From the NCBI GenBank assembly GCA_036172245.1, contig JAYWIR010000007.1, forward strand, positions 1,426,001-1,490,000: DNA of 64,000 nucleotides, given 5' to 3'. Below are positions 1 to 12,330 of the stretch, piece after piece. The DNA comes from Raillietiella orientalis. Lineage: Eukaryota. The stretch's first letter is position 1. Each line of letters opens with the position of its first letter. The position numbers were made by a program, and so were the translations under genes. The notes under the pieces are model-generated. The model was not told the DNA's origin, did no database searches, and worked only from the letters and a program-made list of their open reading frames with translations.

Positions 1-202
1 AATCAGAGAAGAGAAATGTGCGTAATGGTGCCAAAATACCAAAGACACGAAAGTTAACAAAATACATCGTTAGGAAAGGTTTCTTTGGACTTCAAAAGGA
101 ATGTTACGATTATACGATTGTATTTTGAAAAGTTTGTGTCGACGATTGAGGCAGTCTTGATGGCAGCGTTGATGTTTTGGGCAGCCCCGTGAACTCGTTG
201 AA

Positions 203-3200
203 ATGAAAATGAACTTCACCGATAAAGAAAACTCTGATGATGCTCAGTGGCAGCAAAATATAGAAAATTTACATGTGCTTAGGAATGATATGAATAAATT
301 AATAATGGATTATTTGGTTACAGGTATTTTTTTGTATGTGAATGAAATTTGCAATTGCATTTGCCGAGGATTGTTCTGCGGTTAGGGCACGCACAATTTG
401 AATGAAAGTATGAAAATAGGGGAAAGTTTCAACACAGTTTGTAGTATGTGCTTTCGATTACAATCACAGGGCCCGTAATGTAAGCTCACTAAATGTGGCC
501 TTAACATATTCATGTGCGACATATGTTGGGTAAACAAAACAAAAGAACCGACATATGGAAATTTGCAAACTTGGTAACGTGCATTTCTAATGCTTTAATT
601 CATGAATCCTTGTTCTGGTTTGCAATTTTTTCGTGTTGAGTAATTTGGTGTCTGGCATAATAAAGATAGTGAAAGGGAAAAAAGGGCAATGCGAGTTTTT
701 AAGATGCCTTACGTAGACAGCTTTTAATATAAACTCATTATTCCATAAGCATACTTAATTCATGAGTAGGATAAAAAACAGTGGCAAAATTGGTAACTTT
801 AAAAAGTGAGTCACTATTTACCAGTATTTGCATGAGCCGTTTTGTTTACGTGTGAGTACCTGGATTATTATGCATGAAATTTGGATTTTGCTTAAAAATG
901 TCATGGTAAAAGGAAAGAGTCGTAGTGCACAGCAGTTGTGCCCATTGGGTATTTTTTTAATAATTCTAAGATTTTTTAACAAAGACTCTTTAGTAACAAC
1001 ATTTGTTTTGGAACAAAGACGAAGTGTCATTTGAAGTTTTACTGTACTATGCACTACTTTCAATGATTATTCTTGTTTTTTTCCTGATTTCCTTAAGCTG
1101 ATTATGAAATTGCCCCCTGTTGTCCATACAAGTATATGATTGAATAAAAACCACAAAACATGATAAGCTTTATGCCTTAAATAAGGCTTCATGTTTATTC
1201 TTCATCACACTGTATTGATAATTAATCATGATAATTGGTAATGATCATATTGCATTATTAGCTTACTGATAAAGAAAATTAGCATTTATAATCTAATGAA
1301 ATTGAGTTGCTTTAATTTACAAAAAGGAATTTGGCTTTGGATTGTATTATGTTGGCTGTGTGTGTTCATCCAAAGACTGTTTTTCAGTAGATCAAAATCA
1401 TGGAGTAATGGCTTTTATCATGAATGTGTGCTTGTTTGCTGATTTTCTTCTAAAATCTTATGCTATTTGTTTCTGTGGCTGTGTAAGAATCTGTAGTGGT
1501 TTTTTATCAGGTTAAAAAAAATTGTTGTAACAAGCTGTTTACAATCGATTATAATATGTCTGTGTTTAATCATAATGAACAACTTGATAGTCAAGCATGT
1601 ATAATTTTCCCTAAATGTTCCCTAAATTCTTTTATTAATTACCTTAATATTTCCTATATGTGTTTTTAATTTTTCGCTCCAACCAATTATCTTCAATGTA
1701 TTTGTACTTATTGCAATCATAATAATGTCCAGTAGTCTGCAATCTGCATATGTATGCTCTGGTAAGATTTGTTTTCTTCATTTTTTGCTACCCTTACAGT
1801 GTGTGACTTTTTCTGAACAAGGCATTTATTGGCATGTACACAAATTTAGAATATTTTTACTAGTAAAGTGTTGAAATTAATTATGCTAAAATTATACAAA
1901 TTGCAACTTTGGAAATATTTATTTGAGAAGTAGAATGCATGAGTTCATGCATTAGGAAAGAACTACAGGAGTTGCCCTAACTACTAACAGCTAAAATATC
2001 TGATGCCATTGGTAACATTTGGACAATAAATGAACTTTTTTTTATCACAAGGATGAAGCACAACTTCTTTATTCCGACATCAGACTAAATGATTTATACT
2101 TGTAGGGTTATAATAATTCTCATGTTAGCTTTAGTTAGAGCTCAGACTTTTTGTGGAAAGAAACTTAGGAAACTTTCATGAGAAAAGCAGTTTGTAAGTC
2201 TCCCCCCTCCTCCTCTTGAATGAATATAAGAAATGAAAACAAACAATCTATTTGAGTAATTTGAAAATTAAGTGCATCATACTCCATGGTGAGAATTAGA
2301 ATAACAAAAGATTAGTAAAATCATTTAACTTAAGACAAAGGTTTTTCATGCAATGGTGAGCAAGTTCACAAAGCAGAACTTTGCTGGATGAAATGCAGCA
2401 TCTATGATTATGTGCACTCCAAAAAGAACCCTTCAGTAAGCGTTATTTTTGGGTGGAATGAGAATCTAGAAATTTTAGTTTGTGTTATCATTTGGGAAAG
2501 TTTTTAGTTTTATTCATGCAGTTCTTCATGTTTAGCCATATCAATGGGAACAGCATTGTTTGACAGTATCATTCATTTTTGAAATGCTACACTGATTGTC
2601 AGATTGATGCCTTTTTAATTTTCCTTTATGACTTTTTTGAAAGTTGACTTTAAAAATTATCCCTGTTTTTGTTATAATCCTAATCCTAATGATTGTGGTG
2701 GTTTTGCAAATTCTTACTTGAAAGGTTTTGATGTGTTCATTCATATACATTTTAGAAGAAAAAGGTAGGCAATCTGACAAGTCAAACATACTATTTCATC
2801 AGTTCTAAGTTCTGTTTTTATACATGAATCTGTCCTGAAAGCATAGTATGCACAAAAATCTTTGTGAAAATAAAAGACTCTTAATACAATAAGGTTGTTT
2901 TTATTTTTTCTCAAGCAAGAAATTTATGCATCTTTTGTATTTTACAGTTTTGAGGTGATATAAAGCTCAGGAAAATGCTTATGAAATTTCTCAGTGCACA
3001 TTTTTATAGCTTGCATTTTATGCATTAGTTGAATATTTGTTTTCTTTGGAAGATATTGTTAAACTTTTAATTCTCTCATGGAAATGTGAGAAATAGTTGC
3101 AATCTGCTTCTTATGATTTTGTGTGCACTTGTGATCCCTATTTGTCGGTTTTGGTTTCATTTTTGAGTAGCTCGTAGCTTTAGTCACTACTTTTTCAGAC

Positions 3201-4157
3201 ATCTAAGTCATGACAGTCGTTCTAAAAGTTACATCACAGGTGTGTAATCTTCGAAATTTGCAAACAGGAAAATTTGTATAAACATTGAGGTGTAAATATG
3301 CCATCCTTCATCGTAAAATAATCTTTGGTTTTCCATTTTTTTTTGGTGGAAGTCATGGTCCTTTTTCGCATTTTTAATTGACTGAGTGATTATCCGCCAG
3401 TAATTTTTAATTTACTTCCTTTCCGAGAATTGTTAAAAAAAATTCCATGTATTGCTATTTTAATTTACATTTGTTCTCTTTTGCATATATTTGTCCTCTT
3501 TCCTCCCAATCTTAGTATATTTCTTTTTGTTTTCAGAAGGATTTAAAGAGGTAGCAGAAAAATTCCAAATTGAAGCTGGCATCCATCCTCCAGTTGAATT
3601 AAGCACTTTAGATAACCGTATTCAAATCCGTGATACTATTCAAAATGGGAAAATACAGGATGCTATTTCCATGATCAATACATTGTACCCTGAACTGTTG
3701 GATGATGACACATACTTGCTTTTTCATTTGCAGGTAAAACAAACTTTCCTAAGTTAATCGTTTTAAATTGTTCTTGTAGCAGCAGCATTTAATAGAACTT
3801 ATTCGAGAAGGTAAAATAGAAGAGGGACTGCAGTTTGCCCAAGAGCACCTATCAGAACATGGGGAAAAGAATCCAAAGATAGCTGAGGAATTGGAAAGAA
3901 CACTTGCCTTGCTTGCTTTTGAGAATCCTGAGCAGTCTCCTTTTTGGGACTTACTACATCCATCTTACAGGCAAAAAGTAGCTAGTGAAGTGAATATAGC
4001 TATTTTGAAGCAAGAAGACCAGCAAGAACCGTGCTCCAAGCTTTCAATAATTTTGAAAATGTTGTTATGGGCACAGATGGAATTGGATAAAGCCAAAGTG
4101 AAATATCCAAAAATGACTGATCTAACAACGGCAAAACTAGAACCATCCATTAAATAA
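203..4157 (+). CDS. GID8: Glucose-induced degradation protein 8 homolog (CTLH E3 ligase subunit, LisH-CTLH-CRA). Exons 203-323, 3537-3733, 3780-4157; 231 aa
   Basis: GT-AG joins give an open 696-nt [24 protein letters not shown] (LisH), [32 protein letters not shown] (CTLH), [32 protein letters not shown] (CRA). The exon 3 acceptor is TAGCAGCAG, so +/-1 Gln is possible. AATAAA at 4153-4158 and 4521-4526. Confidence 0.93.
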
Positions 4158-6229
4158 AGGACCTACATCAAGTTATTTATATGTATTCTAGTAATGCTTG
4201 CAGTGTTATCAGAGTATATATACAAGTAATCATTACTAGAGTACGTATAAATGATAAGCAGTAACTAACTATCACATGTAATTACCAAAGAATGCAAAGC
4301 ATATAACAGAGTATAATTGCATAGAATTTATTTTGTATTATTTAACTACAGTTGTATAATATACAGACGTGTTTTTATAAGATTCACAGACTGCTTTTAT
4401 GATGGCAGCACACTCATCAACCTATACTTGCACATTTCAAATTCTGAAGTCAACAGGTTGGGATTTTCCTAGGACTCCAATAATTAAGGTTCATGGATGG
4501 ATAATGAAGTTTTTTTTTCCAATAAAGGATTTTTCAGGATGACAAGCACTGAGTGCACGAAAAGATTCGTTAATACTCGAAAGTTCTAAGCCTAGAAGCA
4601 AAAGAGCATGGATCCTCGAAAAGTTAATTGCGTTAACTCATCAATCGTCCAAACCGAATTATCTTTAATCAGTCTTTCGTAAACTAGGTTTTCTTGGGAT
4701 AAGTTAGACATATAAGGATTCTATAAATCGTCACAAAGAATTAATGGGATTGACGAGTAGCAAAATTTGTTGCAAACGTAGATCATCCGCATAATTAGAA
4801 ACTACGAATGGAAATCTCGAATGCGGATGCATGGCAACGCGATCTTTGGAATAGATGACCATTGCTGTCCTTTACAGATTCTGGTGTCGACTTCTGTTCC
4901 GTGCGTTTCCAAGGTCTTTGCTGGACAAGCAATCCCCGAGGGAATTTTTCGAGACGCATTGGCCCCCACGGGAACTTCGAATGGTACGTCGATTAACGAA
5001 AGAAAAGGAGCTCCTAGAACTTCTGCCAACACAAACTCGAGCCATTCATGGTGCAACCAGTCCCAACGTAAGAACCAGTCACATCTCCCCGCGTGTGAGG
5101 ATGACTGAGGACCAGTAAGGAAAAGCAGCTGAAAGCAAGACTGCGTTTCATGGTTTGGTTATTTGGATGTTCCCAGCGGAGGTAGCAAGGCACAGAGTCC
5201 GGTTCCCTTGTCACCACTGCTTTCACCGGGACTGAATGACCTCCCTCTAACTGGATTGATGGAAGGGCACGTACATGAGCAAACGGCGGCTGCATTTCTT
5301 TCCCGGGCTTTTTCTTTCCCGTGACTGACATCGTCATCATTCTTGCTTATTACGAGCTTGGTGTGAAGCTGTTCGTAATTTGCATTTTCGCTAACAGCTT
5401 CGTATTCAGAACTGTTATTGGGGGCTGTGCCGAGAAATAAACAAAGCTGCCCGCAGCTGTGCTTCTATGATGAAAGCGGCGGGTCTCTCAAACAGGGGAA
5501 CAGTCCCCGTTTGCCAGAGGGCAAACTCGTGATTTGTACATCCCTGGGCGTGTTTATCACATCTATACATGTGTGTACATCTAAAACAACGTTCAGATGA
5601 AAATTAGGGTTAAAAGAATAGATGTAGCATTTGGACAGTAAAAAACAAGACACTTGCATGATTTCTGGATTTCACTTTATGCACAATAAATATAAGGCAA
5701 TTACAGAGAGACTGAATTGATAATATCGAGTACAATTTTAATTCTGAGAAGTAATTAAGGACAAAGATCCCCAAAACGGAATGCCAGAAGTATTCCTTTC
5801 TACACTTTCTGACACTGATCGTTTATACAAGTGTCAAAGATACATCCTGTAGATACCGACTGTGTTACTTTCATCCAAATGATCTCTATTCCACTACCAT
5901 CCACTCTTTTTAATCGTGAATAGCGTTTCCTCAATATGTACTTTTCAGTTGGTCAGTAATTTGTATTTCCTGTTCTCATCTCAGTGTTCTTGCATAAAGT
6001 TTTCAGTCGAGCAGGCACGGACAGACCGGAAAAGAAAAAAACAGGAAAAAATACTTGGAACAGATTACCAATGGCTCCAACTTGTAGATGTGCAGTGCAG
6101 CTGCAGCAGTTTGCTCCCATTTTTCCTATTCCTTCTCCTCTCTGAGAATTCGACCGCCCTCTGAAGTCTCACCTTAATGCAAGCCAAAGTTATTATACTA
6201 CGATCAATTTTTTCGTGAATACACACATT

Positions 6230-6690
6230 AGTAATTCGTTTGTAGTCAAAACTCACGTCTGCTTCCCTGTAGGATTCGAGGACTCAGCTGCTGCTCCTTG
6301 TGAAAAGTTCTTTCGAACCATTCTGCGGCGACTTCAGTCATCTGCTATCGCTTCGCTCTTCCACTACTCCCTGCTTCCCACATTGAGCTTCGAGATTCCT
6401 TCAATAATTCCACATTAGGGGAGGGCCGTTTTTTCTGAAGTGTCCAGTTGTGAGTCGAAACCTACCACTGACTCCCCTATCTGACATTGAAACTGCTTGA
6501 AGGAGTTTACGTGCTGACCACTCTGAAAGAAGCGTTGAGGAATCCAACTCCGGCATGAGCGAGAATCATGAAAGTGCAGCGAAAGGGAATTCCTCTTCTG
6601 CGTTTTCTCGTCAGTGCCACCCGAGGACGTCATGCGCGGCTGGAACGAAATGGACCCGATCAGGCTCACAACATGACCCTTAGAGCTGTC
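6230..6690 (-). mobile_element. Possible decayed RTE-type LINE 3' end
   Basis: Broken minus-strand frames give GHVVSL, RKNGPPLMW and KLNVGSRE*WKSEAIADD*SRRRMVR. These resemble the RTE RT C-terminus (GHV.R..RGRP..W..A.DR..WR..V). Heavily degraded. Confidence 0.3.
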
Positions 6691-8839
6691 TGAAGGTATG
6701 ACAGCTGCACACCAGCACCGGTATGTTTGTTAGCACACGGTGACTCATCAGAAAAAAGTTCCTGGAGAGGGTTGCAGGATGCCGAAGGCAATTGTCTAAG
6801 GTTTCTTCACTCTTTCAATTGTAGAAGGTGATCGGCATTTTCTTGGTTACAAGTTTGCCAGATTCTTTGGTTTCAGCACAGTTACCGAGGGCGCTGCATG
6901 TTGTTGCCTGGGTCTCATGCCACGAAAGATGGATCCCTCGGGATGGTTCGTCGTAGGGACGCAGGTACTCCTTTTCTGGTAAAGAGTTGAGCAGGACTCC
7001 AGCATATTCCCCCTTCCCTCTTTCTAGAGCGCTCCAAGGCGGAGGAACTTCTTCCGAGGGGCCAGGCGACACCAAGCGCCATTCGCCGCCGCGCCAGACA
7101 GCTCAGGAGGGAGGAGGGAATCCGTCCTTGGGAGCGGTCGCTTGGAGACACGCTCTTTGCAGTTTGTCTACCCGCTCACCGTGAAGATCGGACGGCGACT
7201 TGGGATTTGGACAGTGAGGTGGCTGACAACCGTGCTGAAGGCCCACCTGGAGCATAGGAGGTCGGTACCTCTTCCAGTGGATGCGCTTCGTAGAGGCAAC
7301 AGGTTTCATCGAGCTGTGCACCGCGCAGTGGAGGTCCGCGCAGGGGAAGAGACCGGAAGAGCGGCGCCGACCAACGCAGGTCAGGGTGCTCTTCAGCAAG
7401 GGAGAGCAGTGCTCCTCCGTGTTGGAGCAGGGAGCGCGCACTTCCATGCGCCTCCCGCGGACACCCCAGTCGCGAATAGCCAGCTTGGGAAAGACTCGTG
7501 GCCCTGCCGCCCACCCATGGACTGCGGACAGCTCTGCAGGGGAGTCGTCAGGAGCTCGGCAGCGATTGCAGCATGCTGCGGGAGGGTCTATCGATGTCGG
7601 CGTTTCTGTTTACCACAAAGCTGTCAGCCTCGTACGGTGGTTCGGGTGGGAGACCGGGGCATCCTCTCTTCTGGCCAGCACGTGGACACCCTCGCACTCC
7701 TCACCCCCCGGTGCCAGAGTGGACGAAGGCGCGATCCGTCTGCTTGAGGACTCCTCGTCTCTGCGGATGCACCGGACTTGGGAAGGGGTGGAGGGTAAGG
7801 GACATCCGCGTGCTGCCATGGGATGGCGCAGAGTCCAAGATGAGCACTGCTCTAGCTAGCAGCAGATTCTTGGACGGAAGAGAACCCGGGCCGATCAAAG
7901 AGGGAACTTTTGCTTGGGGACCCCGACGAAGAGGAGAAAAAGTCCTTCCTCCGTGCTCCCATTACTCATGTGCCCTCCCCGAAACCTGAGGGAGGGGCAT
8001 TTCGTGAGTGAGGGACGCATGCCCTCTCCTGGCGACATCGGTCGCCGGGCGGATGCTTCGGTTGCTGGCTGCGGAGCTCAGAAGGCCTTCTATCGCTCGC
8101 ATTCTTCAGGTGTCTCCTCACCATCAGGTAGGTGCTGAAGATGGACGTCGCCAACTCGGCATCCGAGCCTATGGAGCTGCACCCAGCACATGCCGCTCCG
8201 GCGTACCCAGAGGGTGAGTTCTCTCCGTTTGGTTCAAGGTGCTTGTTTTCTCTTCCTCCTTGAAGGACGTGAGATCAAGTTGTCGTGCACCACTGGAGGA
8301 GTCCGCAGACTCCTCGACGGCTGGAAGACAAGCGACCCCGATTGACTCTGTCACTCCATGTTGCAGGGTAGCGAAATGGATCGGAGAAGGGGAATCTGTT
8401 GAGTGTGTCTCCTCCAGTGGGGGGAATCCGTGATCCCTCCTGCTGTGTTCTGATTCTTCCTCTCTCCTCTTAGGTGACAGCAAGAGGTGGCGTTCTTTTT
8501 CTGCACCATGCGTTCCAGTGCAACGAACGTCGATACTCCATGCCTGGGAGATGTGTCCCTCGGAATCGCTCACCGGTGCGAGGCAAACGAATCGCTCTTA
8601 CACTGCCCACGCGCTGTGGTGCCTTCCGTGACGTGCGGAAGCTGCTGGCGACAGCACTGCTCCATCCGCGGCGGCATCACCGTTCCACGAGCGAGACCCG
8701 TGGGGGTCGGGAGCTCCTTCCTCCCGTTCTGCGTCCCTTCGCGCAGTCTTCTCCGCCGTCCTCTATCCCGCTGCGAGCGGATTCGCCAGAGCATTTGGCC
8801 TTCTTCGTCATTGCGTTTCCCCGCCGTGGAAAGTTGATT

Positions 8840-8945
8840 CACCCCCTTCGGGGGTTCCTCTAGAGGGTGCTAAAAGCTCTTCGGGGAAGCCTTTCAGAAA
8901 AAATTGGAAGCGCACTTTCGGGGTTCTCTTCAGAGGAGGAAACAG
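8840..8945 (+). repeat. Internal fragment of the SINE-like family
   Basis: cctttcagaaaaaattggaagcgcactttcggggttctcttcagaggaggaaacag matches ~10437-10494 and the reverse complement of ~30825-30866. Confidence 0.5.
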
Positions 8946-8990
8946 CTACGGTAGCACAGCTACTTATAAAAGGCAGTGCTGTCAATTTAA

Positions 8991-9524
8991 TCTTTTGGGT
9001 GCGGAGCTCATAAGATTGAAGCGTTCTGTGTTTACGGCACGCGAGTCACAGTGGCGATCTCTGTGGATGGAAGGTTTTTTCGAGTACCGCGTGCTCTATC
9101 AGAGGTGCCACAGATTGACTTTATATAAAGTGCTGATTAAAGTTACTATTATAATTGTTTACTTACATTACATTAAATAATATTTTCATTTTTCCCAAAC
9201 ATGCATGATTTATTTGAAAATTATAATTCCAATAAATGAATAATTCATTCCCATTTTAAGATATCACAAGAATGAAAAACAATATAATAAATTCTATACG
9301 ACACCCAGACAGAGAACAGTCAGCTGATATAAATAGAATTTTGTTTACTATCGTTGCTAAGGGACTGAATTATAAGAACTATGTGTCCATCAAAAACATG
9401 GATAGTGTTCACTTATGTCGTGTGTATGAGGTCAAAACATTGGTCATATGCATATATGCGTTGTCCATAGAGCACTCTGACAACTTCCGTCGGACGCATA
9501 TACGCGTCTATAGCACTCAAAGGG
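8991..9524. mobile_element. piggyBac-like non-autonomous element (MITE)
   Basis: TTAA on both sides (8987-8990, 9525-9528). Right end is GCACTCAAAGGG-TTAA; the left end TCTTTTGGGTGC matches its reverse complement at 9/12. Subterminal palindrome gacgcatatacgcgtc; AT-rich non-coding interior. Confidence 0.45.
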
Positions 9525-10081
9525 TTAAAATGCTGAGGGTGAGGGGAGGAAGACTCTAAAAAAAAATAAAAATAAAAAGCAAAAAATAAGGGAAATGAAA
9601 AAAAAAAAAAAATCGAGATATGGAAACGCGCCCATGCAAGGGCACAACTTATTACCGAGATACCACTAAGAGGTACAGGCTGGCTTTCTGATAAGAAAAG
9701 GATTCTCAAGGCCTACGCGGACGAGGAAGGCGCCCCACACCATTCCGCACGGCGAACTCCACAAAAAGTGCCCGTGGGAAGAGTTACGGCCTCTCGTAGC
9801 AGCAAATCACCGCATGAGGAGCTCCGTATCCGCACGATGCAATTGTGGACAAGGTCAGAACAGCAGCGGTGGAAGCTGCAAGATGGAAACCGGCATCCGC
9901 AGATCATCCCTGGTCCTGATCCAACTCCGAGGCCAGATCCGGTGCCACAGAGGGGCAATGGGATGGTGGTGCTAGCTCGTCACTCCTCTGGAAATGGGGA
10001 AGAGGCCTTCAGCATTTCCAGGAACGGAAAAGCATCCAGACACCAAGGTGTTTCCAGCCAGCTATCCAAAAAAAGTCCAGA

Positions 10082-10797
10082 CCTCGTTGGCGGCTTGCAG
10101 CTGCGGCGCCTGAGCGTGGTGCCAAGCGTTGCTGGTTCGAATCCCACAGGGGGAAGGAAAGGCGCCGAGAACGGGGGTTGCGTCGTGGATTTCGAATCCC
10201 TTCCTCAAGATGACGCCGGCTGGCCTATTCGGGTGCGGCACTGGAAGAAGCTGGAAACCCCCGGATGCACCCGATGAGTGGCCAGAATTGGAAGTTGACC
10301 CTCCGGGGTTCTTCTAGAAATCAAGGAGCCGTTTCCCTCCAGGTTTTGAGAATGGGACGCCCCCCATCGGGTACCACGGAGCGGGTTGATGCCTTACCAG
10401 AGTGTCAAAAAGCGCGCTACTCCACGTGGGGAGCGCCCTTCAGGAAAAACTGGGAAGCGTCCCTTCGGGGTTCCCTTTAGAGGAGGAGCAAACAGGGAAC
10501 AGTTCCCTTGCAGGTTCCCTCCGGATAAGAAACAATGAAGCGGCTTCCTACGAGGGGACTCTCCAGAGAGAGTAAAGAAGAGGTGGTTCCCTTAGGGACT
10601 CCCTCGCAAGCGTGAAAGGAAACGACTCCTTCCTCCGGAGCCCTTCTGGATTCGTAGGGTGTTCTCTCAGGGATTGCCATCTAAGTTGAAAAGTTGACAC
10701 GCACCCTCGGATGGTGTTGAAGTGCTTCGTGAGCACCCCGTAAGAAGGCGAACGGTTTGTCCTAAGTACTCTGGCGAACCAAAAGGAGAAGAAAAGG
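10082..10797 (+). mobile_element. tRNA-derived SINE-like element, diverged copy
   Basis: Perfect B box GGTTCGAATCC at 10134-10144. Colinear with the reverse complements of 30485-31259 and 39180-39866. Ends tactctggcgaaccaaaaggagaagaaaa. Confidence 0.65.
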
Positions 10798-12039
10798 AAC
10801 ACGGAAGGTACGCCATACCTCCAGTTTTGCGGATGCGACGGATGTAGGGGACCGAGAGGAATCTTCTCTTACTTTGGATACCACCTGGGTCTCGCATGGG
10901 AGGATTCAGGGCTGTCAATCCCCTGAATCCTTGCATGCTTTTGAACTTCGGGCGGGTTCGAAACAATTTTGATAACTACATTGATTCTTTCAGGTTTATT
11001 GAACCCTCAAGATTCGGGGTGGCACCTTTGCCATCCCGAATCCGCCCGAAGTTCAAAAATCCCACCATGCAGTCTTCTCCACGCGATCCAGGGATGGTGA
11101 TGGAGCGGCATGTGCAGCGGAATCCGGGCCGATGCAGCATGAGATGCTCGTGTGCATCTGGAGTCTCTCCTCGGTTATGAGTGCCGTCAAGGTCACTTGT
11201 GCTAGCGAATTCTTCTTTTCTGCCTCTCGAGATGAATCCCAGATATCTTTGGTTGTTACCGCTGGAATGATGCGGCCGAACGGAGTGGCGCCGGGATGCT
11301 GGAGACGTGTCTGTGTGAGGTTCCGCTCCCATTCCGATCGGTTCACTCTCTTTGGTTCCGGATTTGTGCAGAACTTCCGAGGCTTCCTCTGCTGGACGTT
11401 CGCATCCTTTTGCAGCGGACAGGGGACGCACACGCGCCGGCCCAAACGAAAAGGGCACCTCCTCCTGTCCCCAGGTAGCCCCGGTCTGCCCACTGCCAGG
11501 AGTGAGGGCCCCTCCGCGGGGCTTCTGTGCAGCTCCTCTAAAAGTCTCACCCTCTCGCCGCCTTCCTACCCTCAGCCTCGCAACAACCTGCAGGGTCTTT
11601 CTTCCTCTTGGAAATCTCCTCGTCTCCCTGTAAAGGTGCTCACGAGGGCGGCAGCTTCTGCGTCCTCCGGGGAGGGGGGGGGAACGCAAGTGCAAGGAAG
11701 AGCAGTGCGCCTGTGCCATGCACCTCAAGGCACTCGGCTGAGTTTGAAGGTGTTCCAGGTTGTTGGGGAGTCCTTCCTCACGGACTGCAGTACCTGGAAA
11801 CGGGAAACCTGGAAACCTGGAGGGAGATCCACAAAGCGAGCCCAGATATTACCCGTGTCTGTGATTCTCCCAGTGCGCTCGCCGCTGGAAATCGCCCAAA
11901 GTCCCAGGAAGACCGCGTGGGTGCCAGACACCCCACTTGCCGTAGGGCTGCTCCAACTACGGAAGAACGGCGACAGTGACCGATTGGCACGGTGGCAGGT
12001 CCCTTGCAAACTAGGCAAGCAGAGAAGAAGAGCATAGGG

Positions 12040-12330
12040 TGCTGCACCGCGCGTCACTTCCTGCATCCGCCATCCTTGTTGCCCTCCCCAAAGGAATTCT
12101 CGGATGGACCGATCGCCTCGAAATCCCACTAGAAAAGCTCGAGAGCCACGCGGGGTTGGTAGACGTCTCCGTGCTTCCCTTGAAGTGGGCGGCACCATTT
12201 GCTCCCGGTGACGCCGAAGGAGGAAAGGTAAACAACACGCCGTGTGGGTTGGGGATTCTACTAGACCGTTCGAGAACATCAAGGGGTAGGAAACAACGAA
12301 AGAAGGCGCGACTCGCAGGCCGGCCTCACG
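12040..12330 (+). mobile_element. Possible decayed RTE-type LINE RT C-terminal fragment
   Basis: GILGWTDRLEIPLEKLESHAGLVDVSVLPLKWAAPFA...SRGRKQRK resembles the RTE pattern G...DRI.NE.IR...V.DI....LKW.WAGH...R.RGR. Confidence 0.35.

Noticed and set aside
6725..6755. CTGATGAGTC on the minus strand as a hammerhead
   Set aside because: No GAAA after a stem II.
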